Source: Macrostomum hystrix (Eukaryota; Animalia; Platyhelminthes). From it: a stretch of DNA of 64,000 bases. The position numbers and the translations under genes were made by a program. This document shows, piece after piece, positions 25,501 through 38,400 of the stretch. The notes beneath the pieces are model-generated. The model did not search any database. It was given only the letters and a program-made list of their open reading frames with translations, and was not told the DNA's origin. Position 1 is the first letter of the stretch, and each line of letters starts with the position of its first letter. Where the stretch lies: assembly GCA_950097015.1 (NCBI GenBank), contig CATNEN010000025.1:4030001-4094000 (forward strand), given 5' to 3'.

Positions 25501-28220
25501 TAGTTTGTTTGGGCCAAGCTCTAGTTCAGAAGCAGCAGTAGCAGCAATATTCGCTGTATCAAATTGCGAAATAAAACAAACTGATAAACTCGAGCAGGAC
25601 TGGGTCTTGGGGCTGAAAAGTGTAGGCCGGCTGAATGCATTTTTTGTATCCATGCAAGTCAGCTACCTTCCCACCAATCTTTTAAGCCATTCGAACTGCA
25701 TTAGTTATTATTTTTATTTTTATAGATTCGCTTTTTTTCGCGTCAGCTCGAGGCAATAACAATGACTGAAGTGGCAATATATGTGTAGCCTGTGTTCTTT
25801 TTTTTGGTTGTTTTTCAATGATTTTCTACAGTTTTGCTGCATCTGTCTCACGCACGCGACCCTCGGTTGTGTGTTTTTGGAAAGCCAATATCGACTGTAA
25901 AATTAGAATATTGCTGTTTTATTAGCTTCTTGTGGCCGTGTCGCATCCAATTCGCACAAAATTAATTCGAATGCCTAACAAACTCGTCAGTAGATTTGAG
26001 GCATCAATCACACCTATGCAGCAGCAGCAGCATGACTATCATCCCATTTTTATGTATATATTAAACATTCCCGACTTAGTTAAAAGCAGAGAGAAAAAGA
26101 GACAGGGTTAAGGTTGAGACTTCCGACACTGGTTTGAGACTGCAACTCCTCACCTAGCAGCTGTCTGTTAGCCGCGTGATTGACAGCTTTGGTTAGCCAT
26201 TCTCAACTGGCTGTGACGAGGTTTCTGTCCAGCAAACTATCAACTTCCCCTCTTGCATTTGTTCTTCTACGGTGAAATTCTGAGTTTTGTTTTACTAGCC
26301 AGCTTTTCATATAATGATGATGGGCGCCAACTAGGCAAAAAACTAGTAGCCTGAGTAGGAAGACTTCGAATCCTCACGAGGGGCCACTTTCTCCTCTCCC
26401 TAAGCTTTTTTCACGGGAAGAAAACATAAAATATATATACTAGTATATGAGATCCCATCCTCACACAAAGGGGACACACACTGAGTGAGTGAGTGAGGGG
26501 CGGAGACCGGAAGCCGCATAGCAACAACAATAGGAAGTTGAAAGAGGCCAAGTCAGGAGAGAATTGAGTAACAGAAGTGGACAAATTCGTGTTAAGATGA
26601 CGGAAAGTGAGAAATAGAGAGAGAGAGAGGATGTAAGACATTGCGTGGAGCCTCGTTTTGGCGTCGCTTCTGCTACTCATTTTTCATCACCTCATTTTTT
26701 CTATATAACTCGGAGCTCTGGAAAACTCCAAATAGAGACCATTTTGCCAGCCTGTTTGACTGACAAGTCGCTGAGGGGGCGGGCGGCGGCGGCGGTGGCG
26801 GCTGGATGGTGGGGTAGCGTGACGTATTTTCTCTTCCTTTCTGTCAGTCTCGCTCCCCTCTACGTGTTTTTAATTTCTCATATGGTTCCCCTACCAACGA
26901 CGATTTTTTTAATAATCAAGAAGAGAGCATCTGGCGAGCATTGAGATTCGAATGCTCTCTATTATCATTTTACGGTTCTAAATCAATAATAAAAATCTTT
27001 CAGCTAACGGACGCGCCTATCAGGAACATTTGACCGCTCAACGGCACCAGCACCAGCGCCAGCACCAGCGCCAGCATCAGCATCAGCAGCACGTGAAGAA
27101 GCCACTAAACGCATTCATGATCTTCATGAAAGAACAGCGGCCAAAAGTGGTGTCCGAATGCACTCTGAAAGAGTCGGCGGCCATCAACCAGATCCTTGGC
27201 CGGCGCTGGCATTCGCTAAGCCGCGAGGAGCAGGCCCGCTATTACGAGCTAGCCCGCCAGGAGAAAGAGCATCACGCCAAGCTTTATCCCAACTGGTCGG
27301 CTAGGGATAACTACGGAGGAATTGCGCGCAAGAGAAAAAAACAGAAACTGCGACTCCTGACACCTGCGGCCAACGGGTCCAGCAGTCTTGTTGGCGGAGG
27401 CGGCGGCGGCGGCTGTCCACCTGATGTTGCTATGGCAACCTGCGGAGTGAGCAGCGCCTCATCTGTTGCTGCTGTTGCTGCTGCTGCTGTTGCTGCGGCA
27501 GCCAATCCCCGCAGCGTCCTGCCCGCCTCGATGATGGGCGCCGTGTCCACGCCTACTTCTGGCGTTTCCGCTGCCGCCGCCGCCCACGCGGCCGCCGCCG
27601 CAGCCGCCGCCGCAGCCGCGGCCGCCTCCGCCGCGAAGAAGTGCCGCGCCGTGTTCGGCCTGGAGCGCCAGGACCTGTGGTGCAAGCCGTGCAAGCGAAA
27701 GAAGAAGTGCGTCAAATTTGCCTCCACCGACGGCTGTGATGCGCAGTCGCAGCTGCTGCCGCCGCGGCATTCGCTGCTTCCGCCGGGACAGGCGTCCCTG
27801 CCTCTGTCGCAGCAGCAGCAGCCGACGCTGCAGCCACCAATAAAGCGGTCGCGTCCGTCAACTCCGTGCAATAGTCACCATCACCATTTAGCCGCAACTA
27901 GCGCCTGCTCTACTAATAGTAGTACAATTCTCAACTGCAACTTTTTCTGCTCGCCCAATGCCGCCGGCTTCGGAGTCGGCGACGATGGCGACGATGGCGA
28001 CGATGAAGAAGACGAAGTTGATGGCGAAGACTATGACGAAGAGGACTACGATGAGGATGGCGAGGGCGAGTGCGACGCCAGCCACGTTCCTGACGGCGAG
28101 GCCGATGCGGCCTTCTCAGACGTCAAGATCAAAGCCTCGCCGGGTTCGCCGAATCCCGCTGAGGACTATTCGCCTTCGCAATGTGCAGCCCTGGAGTCGC
28201 AGGGCACCCCAGCTTGTTGA
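22524..28220 (+). CDS. TCF: TCF/LEF (pangolin-like) HMG-box Wnt effector with C-clamp; exons 22524-23364 and 27004-28220
   Basis: N-terminal beta-catenin-binding motif [18 protein letters not shown] (cf. GDDLGANDELISFKDEGE); HMG box [75 protein letters not shown] plus basic tail RKRKKQK; C-clamp [25 protein letters not shown] (27636-27710). Donor gag|gtaagt at 23365 (phase 1) matches acceptor tttcag|ct at 27003. Extra small exons within the 3.6-kb intron cannot be excluded. Confidence 0.95.
23398..23700. repeat. 16-bp minisatellite in TCF intron
   Basis: Unit tgatcatagagtcagg; starts ~34 nt after the donor. Confidence 0.92.
24975..25230. repeat. GAA/TGA-rich low-complexity repeat in TCF intron
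   Basis: Degenerate gatgaagaatgaa units. Confidence 0.75.
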
Positions 28221-29137
28221 GGAAGATCCGTGTCAAGCTGGTCCGCTCCACTACTGTCTGTCCCATCTTTCATCTTTCATCTCCTCAGTCCGAGTGCGCG
28301 CATGCAAGCTTTGTGGCTCCGCTGTTTCAAAGTGCATTGTTTTAAAAACTATATTAAATCTTCAATAAATTCGATTTCCAAATGTTAGTTGTCCTGTGTA
28401 CACATCGAGACACCTGCGCTTAATCGCCGATTTTTTTCTGCCGATTTTCCTGTGGTCAGCCCTTATTCCACTGTCTGCCTGTCTTTGCTGCCCGGGTCTC
28501 CTCTCATGCCGTAAATGTTTTCATTCTTTGTCTCTCGCCCCTGCGAGCTGTCCTATTCGTGTCGCACTACTTGTGAGTAGGTTTTTAGGCCGCTACTACT
28601 TAAAAAAAGAGTCTCGGACAGAGGAGTTGCTATGCCGAATTTTTTAATGCCGAGCTTCTCATCCACAATGAGCTTCAATCAATTTTGTTGTTTAAAACCC
28701 TGTACAGTTGCCCAACTCTTTAATTGGACCACAATTTGAAATTGTTGTGATTTGAAAAATGTTCGTACAAATTTATTATTGATTAGGAATTGTGTTTTAA
28801 ATCAAATCAGAGCTTTTCGTCAATTTCAGAACCATTCTTACTGTCCTGAATTATTAAAACTAAATTAGTTTTATTTATTATATGCTTGTGTTTATGTACA
28901 TTGATAATTAAACTGTTACAGCACTGATAAGTGACGCAGTTAGACACCTCGCACACACAAACACACTGAAAATCATCTAATTCTGGCTGTGCTTTTGTGT
29001 GTGCTAAGCGTGTTTAATTCAAATCTTTACTATGCGAAAATCTGGTTTTTCATTTGTTCCGTGACTTGAAGACTTGAAGTTTCGTGAACGACCTAGAAGA
29101 TAATAAATAGTACAATATCAATGCACTGTACTTTTAG

Positions 29138-29405
29138 GACAGGCAGTTAGACACCTATTTGACAGGCAGTTAGACACCTATTTGACAGGCAGTTAGACAC
29201 CTATTTGACAGGCAGTTAGACACCTATTTGACAGGCAGTTAGACACCTATTTGACAGGCAGTTAGACACCTATTTGACAGGCAGTTAGACACCTATTTGA
29301 CAGGCAGTTAGACACCTATTTGACAGGCAGTTAGACACCTATTTAACAGGCAGTTAGACACCTATTTGACAGGCAGTTAGACACCTATTTGACCGGTAGT
29401 TAGAC
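29138..29405. repeat. 23-bp minisatellite (~11 copies)
   Basis: Unit gacaggcagttagacacctattt. Confidence 0.95.
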
Positions 29406-29459
29406 ACATGTTGCAAATCCTGTTGCATAAGTAGTTAAGAAATCTAATGTACAGGCATA

Positions 29460-29905
29460 CTTAGACACCCTGCAGAATAGGTTAGATTTCAGTTAGACAC
29501 CTGCACGACAGGTTAGATTCCAGTTAGACATATGTAGGACAGGTTAGATTCCAGCTAGATACCTGCAGAACAGGTTAGATTCCAGTTAGACAGGTTAGAT
29601 TCCAGTTAGACAGGTTAGATTCCAGTTAGACAGGTTAGATTCCAGCTAGATACCTGCAGAACAGGTTAGATTCCAGTTAGACAGGTTAGATTCCAGTTAG
29701 ACAGGTTAGATTCCAGTTAGACAGGTTAGATTCCAGTTAGACAGGTTAGATTCCAGTTAGACAGGTTAGATTCCAGTTAGACAGGTTAGATTCCAGTTAG
29801 ACAGGTTAGATTCCAGTTAGACAGGTTAGATTCCAGTTAGACAGGTTAGATTCCAGTTAGACAGGTTAGATTCCAGTTAGACAGGTTAGATTACAGTTAG
29901 ACAGT
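29460..29905. repeat. 20-bp minisatellite
   Basis: Unit acaggttagattccagttag. Confidence 0.95.
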
Positions 29906-29937
29906 TAGTTAGATACCAATTAAACGGGAGGTAAGAA

Positions 29938-30080
29938 ACCTGTTGGATGGAGTGTATACACCTGTTGGATGGAGTTTATACACCTGTTGGATGGAGTTTA
30001 TACACCTGTTGGATGGAGTTTATACACCTGTTGGATGGAGTTTATACACCTGTTGGATGGAGTTTATACACCTGTTGGGG
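29938..30080. repeat. 22-bp minisatellite (~6 copies)
   Basis: Unit cctgttggatggagtttataca. Confidence 0.93.
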
Positions 30081-30544
30081 CAGTTACATGGACACCTGTA
30101 GTACTAACAGCGACTTGCGAGTCAGAAATTAGCTTAAATACTGCTTGTTATCTGGTGTTAGTGTTTTTAATGAAGAAATCTTAGTTTATCGTTAAATTGT
30201 ACATTGCAGAATTGTAAATATTTTACTGTTCGTACTTATTGCTAGTTTAAAAAAAAACGTTAGTGCCTTTTTACCATTGTCAGTAACAAAACTTAATTTC
30301 AATATCTGAGCCAGAAAAGAACTGTGCCACGAGTTTATTTATTGCCAATATAATCCAAGTATTTTCTATTTCATGGCTGTAATATAACATCTGCCTTTAC
30401 TGCTGTGCCGATTGCGAATAACTCGTGTGCTTCTTTTACGTTTTACAGTCTCAGGAACTGTAAACACCTATTTACTGTAAACACCGATCTTTTATTTACT
30501 GGTTTAGCCTGCTTCTGATTTTGTATTCCTTGAAAAGTCTACTT

Positions 30545-31307
30545 CCCATGAAGATTCTACTCCCCTGAAGATTCTATTTCCCTGAAGATTCTACTCCCCT
30601 GAAGATTCTATTTCCCTGAAGATTCTACTCCCCTGAAGATTCTATTCCCCTGAAGATTCTATTCCCCTGAATATTCTATTCCCCTGAAGATTCTATTCCC
30701 CTGAAGATTCTATTCCCCTGAAGGTTCTATTCCCCTGAAGATTCTATTCCTCTGAAGATTATATTATCCTGAAGATTCTATTCCCCTGAAGATTCTATTC
30801 CGCTGATGATTCTATTCCCCTGAAGATTCTATTCCTCTGAAGATTATATTATCCTGAAGATTCTATTCCCCTGAAGATTCTATTCCCCTGAAGATTCTAT
30901 TCCCCTAAAGATTCTATTCCCCTGAAGATTCTTACTTTCCCTGAAGATTCTATTATCCTGAAGATTCTATTCTCCTAAAGATTCTATTCCCCTAAAGATT
31001 CTACTCCCCTGAAGATTGTATTTCCCTGAAGATTCTATTCCCCTGAAGATTCTACTCCCCTGAAGATTGTATTTCCCTGAGGATTCTACTCCCCTGAAGA
31101 TTGTATTTCCCTGAAGATTCTACTCCCCTGAAGATTCTATTCCCCTGAAGATTCTACTCCCCTGAAGATTCTACTTCCCTGAAGATTCTATTCCCCTGAA
31201 GATTCTACTCCCCTGAAGATTCTATTCCCCTGAAGATTCTACTCCCCTGAAGATTCTACTTTCCCCTGAAGATTCTACTTTCCCCTGAGGATTCCAGTTC
31301 CCCTGAG
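30545..31307. repeat. 17-bp minisatellite, array 1
   Basis: Unit cctgaagattcta(t/c)tcc. Confidence 0.95.
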
Positions 31308-31779
31308 GTGTGTATCGACCCCTAGGAATGTTTTAGGCACCGTTTAGTTATTGTCTCGGATTAAGCAATGTACTTTAAGGGGCATATAAATATTTTATTT
31401 TTATGGTGAATTTTGTATTGTAAAAGTAAGTTTCTATCTGAATTACCTCTACTATCTCATGTTTCTGACCGATATTGCTAGCCAATTTTCAATGTTTTAA
31501 GTTTTTGCTTCTAATTACGAGTGCATACTTTTTGCTTGCTTGCCTCTTCTAGGACCTTGTCTTACTGCTCTGCGTTCACATCTGGCCTTTGCAATTTGAT
31601 TTTATTGAGATTAATAAATAAATACATAGAAAAATAAAGTTTTCTTAGTTTAAAAGGCATTGCTTTCAAGCTCTTTGTATGCTATTTCTACTGTTAGATT
31701 CAGTTTTTCAGTTTTTAGTTGGTGTCAGGTATCAGCTCGTACGTTAAATTCAAATACGAAGTAAAATATAAATTTACCT

Positions 31780-32305
31780 GCTGAAGATTCTACCCTGAAG
31801 ATTCGAACCTGAAGATTTAAACCTGAGGATTCTACTTCCCTGAAGATTCTACTCCCCTGAAGATTCTACTCCCCTGAAGATTCTACTTCCCTGAAGATTC
31901 TACTCCCCTGAAGATTCTACTCCCCTGAGGATTCTACTTCCCTGAAGATTCTACTCCCCTGAAGATTCTACTTCCCGGAAAGTTCTACTTCCCTGAAGAT
32001 TCTACTCCCCTGAAGATTCTACTCCCCTGAAGATTCTACTCCCCTGAAGATTCTACTCCCTAAAGATTCTACTCCCCTAAAGATTCTACTCCCCTAAAGA
32101 TTCTACTCCCCTGAAGATTCTACTCCCCTGAAGATTCTACTTCCCTGAAGATTCTACTCCCCTGAAGATTCTACTTCCCTGAAGATTCTACTCCCCAGAA
32201 GATTCTACTTCCCTGAAGATTCTACTCCCCTGAAGATTCTACTTCCCTGAATATTCTATTCTTCTGACGATTCTACTCCCCTGAAGATTGTATTCCCCTG
32301 AATAC
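31780..32305. repeat. 17-bp minisatellite, array 2 (same family as 30545-31307)
   Basis: Unit cctgaagattctactcc. Confidence 0.95.
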
Positions 32306-32458
32306 TATTTTTCTCCTGTTGGGGATTTAGTTCGAAAGGTTTTCAATCAAAACGAATGACCATAACCTACACATTGCAGTCCAGCCGAGCTGTTTAAGTC
32401 GAATTCCATCCAATAATATAAATCAGTGACAAGCAAGTGGAGCTGGTTGACTGAGGCT

Positions 32459-35400
32459 ATGTCAGACTCCAGTGGTGGCGGCGCCTCTTCCGCCGCCGCC
32501 AGATACGGCTTCGATGACATTATCAACGAGGACGGTAAGTTGGGATTTTGACTCAATTCATACGGGTAAACTTTTCGTCTATTATTTGATCTCACGAAGC
32601 GAAAACATAATATCGTTTTTTGCAGCTTCAGAATCGCCATTTCAGCAACAGATTCTACCGAGTGTTGAAATAGTTCAATCCAGTTAGTATTTTTGTTTGC
32701 GTGCTGACTGCATTACTAACTGTTTAATTGTTAGGTTAAGGTTTCTGTTGTGTATTGGTTAGGCTAAGGGTTCTGTTGTGTAATGGTTAGGCTAAGGGTT
32801 CTGTTCAAGGACCACTAGTAGATAGTCTACTTGAGTAGTCCGTGGTTCTGTTGTGTAATGGTTAGGCTAAGGGTTCTGTTGTGTAATGGTTAGGCTAAGG
32901 GTTCTGTTGTGTAATGTTTAGGCTAAGGGTTCTGTTGTGTAATGGTTAGGCTAAGGGTTCTGTTGTGTAATGGTTAGGCTAAGGGTTCTGTTGTGTAATG
33001 GTTAGGCTAAGGGTTCTGTTGTGTAATGGTTAGGCTAAGGGTTCTGTTGTGTAATGGTTAGGCTAAGGGTTCTGTTGTGTAATGGTTAGGCTAAGGGTTC
33101 TGTTGTGTAATGGTTAGGCTAAGGGTTCTGTTGTGTAATGGTTAGGCTAAGGGTTCTGTTGTGTAATGGTTAGGCTAAGGGTTCTCTTGTGTAATGGTTA
33201 GGCTAAGGGTTCTCTTGTGTAATGGTTAGGCTAAGGGTTCTCTTGTGTAATGGTTAGGCTAAGCGTTCTGTTGTGTAATGGTTAGGCTAAGGGTTCTGTT
33301 GTGTAATGGTTAGGCTAAGGATTCTGTTGTGTAATGGTTAGGCTAAGGGTTCTGTTGTGTAATGGTTAGGCTAAGGGTTCTGTTGTGTAATGGTTAGGCT
33401 AAGGATTCTGTTGTGTAATGGTTAGGCTAAGGGTTCTCTTGTGTAATGGTTAGGCTAAGCGTTCTGTTGTGTAATGGTTAGGCTAAGGGTTCTGTTGTGT
33501 AATGGTTAGGCTAAGGATTCTGTTGTGTAATGGTTAGGCTAAGGGTTCTGTTGTGTAATGGTTAGGCTAAGGGTTCTCTTGTGTAATGGTTAGGCTAAGC
33601 GTTCTGTTGTGTAATGGTTAGGCTAAGGATTCTGTTGTGTAATGGTTAGGCTAAGCGTTCTGTTGTGTAATGGTTAGGCTAAGCGTTCTGTTGTGTAATG
33701 GTTAGGCTAAGGGTTCTCTTGTGTAATGGTTAGGCTAAGCGTTCTGTTGTGTAATGGTTAGGCTAAGGATTCTGTTGTGTAATGGTTAGGCTAAGCGTTC
33801 TGTTGTGTAATGGTTAGGCTAAGCGTTCTGTTGTGTAATGGTTAGGCTAAGCGTTCTGTTGTTTCTGAGTTAGTTTATGGTGTGAGTTTTTGGTTAATAG
33901 TTCTGGTGTAAAGGCTTTTTTAGGGTTTTGTTGCAATGGTTTATTTATTTGATGTTTTAATAGTTTCTTACTGCAATGTTGCATTCTCTATTTTAAGTAG
34001 GATAATACGAGTTATGTTTGCCGGTTTTTAATGAAACATAGTTTCTTCCGTATTATCTAATATATTCCCCCTAAATGAATAGTGTTATATATGGCAGTAC
34101 AGTCGTACAGACAAGTGTATGAATTCCCGTGTATCAAGAATACTTCACCTTGCAGTTGCTCCGCCAGCTGTTCAATCTCGTTTGCCACCCCCGCATTGAA
34201 TCCCACCGTTTCCTCTCAGCGGTCATATTTAATCTGCCTATTTTTGCAGCGGTGAAGCTTCTTGAAAGCAGGTGCGTCAAATATATTCAATCTACTTCTT
34301 TTAGATCGCGTGCATAAATTCCACCTGAAACGGGTAGAATATGCACTGCCTAGAAATTGTTCTGCCTATTGGTGGCTGACCTTCTTCTGTGGAGTGGAGT
34401 AATAATTTAACTTCTGGGCGATTATTATCAACTGTCCTAGAACTGTCTATACTTTGATGTACTCTCATCTCACTGCCTCTCATCTCACTGTCTCTCATCT
34501 CACTGTCTCTCATCTCACTGTCTCTCATCTCACTGTCTTCCATCTCACTGTCTCTCATCTCACTGTCTCTCATCTCACTGTCTCTCATCTCACTGTCTTC
34601 ATCTCACTGCCTCTTATCTCTCTGCCTCTCATCTCACTGTCTCTCATCTCACTGTCTCTAATCTCACTGCCTCTCATCTCACTGTCTCTCATCTCACTGT
34701 CTCTCATCTCACTGTCTCTCATCTCACTGTCTCTCATCTCACTGTCTCTCATCTCACTGTCTCTCATCTCACTGTCTCTCATCTCACTGCCTCTCATCTC
34801 ACTGTCTCTCATCTCACTGTCTCTCATCTCACTGTCTCTCATCTCACTGTCTCTCATCTCACTGTCTCTCATCTCACTGTCTCTCATCTCACTGTCTCTC
34901 ATCTCACTGTCTCTCATCTCACTGTCTCTCATCTCACTGTCTTCATCTCACTGCCTCTTATCTCTCTGCCTCTCATCTCACTGTCTCTCATCTCACTGCC
35001 TCTGTCACTGCCTCTCATCTCACTGTCCCTCATCTCTCTGCCTCTCATCTCACTGTCTCTCATCTCACTGTCTCTCATCTCACTGCCTCTCATCTCACTG
35101 TCTTCATCTCACTGCCTCTCATCTCACTGTCTCTCATCTCTCTGCCTCTCATCTCACTGTCTCTCATCTCTCTGCCTCTCATCTCACTGCCTCTCATCTC
35201 ACTGTCTCTCATCTCACTGTCTCTCATCTCACTGTCTCTCATCTCACTGCCTCTGTCACTGCCTCTCATCTCACTGTCCCTCATCTCTCTGCCTCTCATC
35301 TCACTGCCTCTCATCTCACTGTCTCTCATCTCACTGTCTCTCATCTCACTGTCTCTCATCTCACTGTCTCTCATCTCTCTGCCTCTCATCTCACTGTCTC

Positions 35401-38400
35401 TCATCTCACTGTCTCTCATCTCTCTGCCTCTCATCTCACTGTCTCTCATCTCACTGTCTCTCATCTCACTGTCTCTCATCTCACTGTCTCTCATCTCACT
35501 GTCTCTCATCTCTCTGCCTCTCATCTCACTGCCTCTCATCTCACTGTCTCTCATCTCACTGTCTCTCATCTCACTGTCTCTCATCTCACTGCCTCTGTCA
35601 CTGCCTCTCATCTCACTGTCCCTCATCTCTCTGCCTCTCATCTCACTGCCTCTCATCTCACTGTCTCTCATCTCACTGTCTCTCATCTCACTGTCTCTCA
35701 TCTCACTGTCTCTCATCTCTCTGCCTCTCATCTCACTGTCTCTCATCTCACTGCCTCTGTCACTGCCTCTCATCTCACTGTCCCTCATCTCTCTGCCTCT
35801 CATCTCACTGTCTCTCATCTCACTGTCTCTCATCTCACTGTCTCTCATCTCACTGCCTCTCATCTCTCTGCCTCTCATCTCTCTGCCTCTCATCTCACTG
35901 CCTCTCATCTCACTGTCCCTCATCTCTCTGCCTCTCATCTCACTGCCTCTCATCTCACTGTCTCTCATCTCACTGTCTCTCATCTCACTGTCTCTCATCT
36001 CACTGTCTCTCATCTCACTGTCTCTCATCTCACTGTCTCTCATCTCACTGTCTCTCATCTCTCTGCCTCTCATCTCACTGTCTCTCATCTCACTGCCTCT
36101 GTCACTGCCTCTCATCTCACTGTCCCTCATCTCTCTGCCTCTCATCTCACTGTCTCTCATCTCACTGTCTCTCATCTCACTGTCTCTCATCTCACTGCCT
36201 CTCATCTCTCTGCCTCTCATCTCTCTGCCTCTCATCTCACTGCCTCTCATCTCACTGCCTCTCATCTCACTGCCTCTCATCTCACTGTCTCTCATCTCAC
36301 TGTCTCTCATCTCACTGTCTCTCATCTCACTGCCTCTCATCTCACTGCCTCTCATCTCACTGTCTCTCATCTCACTGTCTCTCATCTCACTGTCTCTCAT
36401 CTCACTGTCTCTCATCTCACTGCCTCTCATCTCACTGCCTCTCATCTCACTGTCTCTCATCTCACTGTCTCTCATCTCACTGTCTCTCATCTCACTGCCT
36501 CTCATCTCACTGTCTCTCATCTCACTGTCTCTCATCTCACTGTCTCTCATCTCACTGTCTCTCATCTCACTATCTCTCATCTCACTGTCTCTCATCTCAT
36601 TGTCTCTCATCTCACTGTCTCTCATCTCACTGTCTCTCATCTCACTGCCTCTCATCTCTGCCTCTCATCTCTCTGTCCTTATATTCCTCTATCTCCTATC
36701 TCGCAAGTACTAATTGACTTCCTCCGAAGTTGTCTTGACTTTAACCTTCCGTGTCGCTTTGCTTCATAAGAATTCACAATGCTTCAAACAAACTCTCTCT
36801 CTTCACAATTCCTACATTTTCCTACCTTCAATGAATTGGACAAACCTACTCACTTGTACAGACTGAGATCCTACTCCACTGCACTATTTCTATTGGCTTG
36901 CTTGGCTCTCGCCAGCCAGTTATATTGCGCTAGAGCGAACTAAAACTGCATTTATATTTGGATTTTTCACACTGTTCCGTCAGTCAGTAGATTCTCAGTT
37001 AGTAGAAGCTAGACAGGAAGAAATCCTAAAAAAACTAATATACGATACAAAACTGTGACAGCAATGTCAGCTCAGAAGCCTAGCAACTATCGATCTATGG
37101 AGAACTCCGAGATACCACCAAACATAGGACTGCACCAGAGGCTGAGAAATTGTGAATCACCTATCCAACTGTTTAACTACCATAAGTTGCAACTGGTACT
37201 GTAGCTAGAATCTAATCAGGTACTGTAGCTAGAATCTATTCAGGTACTGTAGCTATAATCTAATCAGGTACTGTAGCTAGAATCTATTCAGGTACTGTAG
37301 CTAGAATCTAATCAGGTACTGTAGCTATAATCTAATCAGGTACTGTAGCTAGAATCTAATCAGGTACTGTAGCTAGAATCTAACCAGGTACTGTAGCTAG
37401 AATCTAATCAGGTACTGTAGCTAGAATCTAATCAGGTACTGTAGCTAGAATCTAATCAGGTACTGTAGCTAGAATCAAATCAGGTACTGTAGCTAGAATC
37501 TAATCAGGTACTGTAGCTAGAATCTAATCAGGTACTGTAGCTAGAATCAAATCAGGTACTGTAGCTAGAATCTAATCAGGTACTGTAGCTAGAATCTAAT
37601 CAGGTACTGTAGCTAGAATCTAATCAGGTACTGTAGCTAGAATCTAATCAGGTACTGTAGCTAGAATCTAATCAGGTACTGTAGCTAGAATCTAATCAGG
37701 TACTGTAGCTAGAATCTAATCAGGTACTGTAGCTAGAATCTAATCAGGTACTGTAGCTAGCATAGAAGCTGGTACTATGGCTAGTAGGTACCGCAGGTAG
37801 AATCACTATAGTGTCGAATCTTTTTCAGTGCCCCATTGTCTCATTCTCGTAGCTCACACAAGTCTAGTTTCTGGTTTTGTTACTGGTGTTGGATTATCTT
37901 TTTTGGTTTGGTCTTTGTTGGCTTGAACTGGTGTCTTATTGCCTGGCTCTATTGCCATATATGCCCAATTTTCACTTAATTCCCAACTCACTAGCTACCT
38001 ACAAGAAACCCACATCACAACCTAAACCAAACCAACCTTTCTCCCCGCCCCACCTCACTTATGTGCCCCCACCTCACTCCCTGATCCCACTTCACTCCCA
38101 GCCCCCACCACACTCACTGTTCCCACTTCACTCCCAGCCCCCACCACACTCACTGTTCCCACTTCACTCCCAGCCCCCACGACACTCACTGTTCCCACTT
38201 CACTCCCAGCCCCCACGACCTCACTGTTCCCACTTCACTCCCAGCCCCCACTACACTCACTGTTCCCACTTCACTCCCAGCCCCCACCACACTCACTGTT
38301 CCCACTTCACTCCCAGCCCCACCACACTCACTGTTCCCACTTCACTCCCAGCCCCCACCACACTCACTGTTCCCACTTCACTCCCTGTCCCCAATCGACT

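Noticed and set aside
34454-36769. 771-aa and 521-aa ORFs (SHLTV / MRDSE repeats)
   Set aside because: Translation of a 15-bp satellite inside SVOP intron 1; open on both strands because the unit lacks stops.
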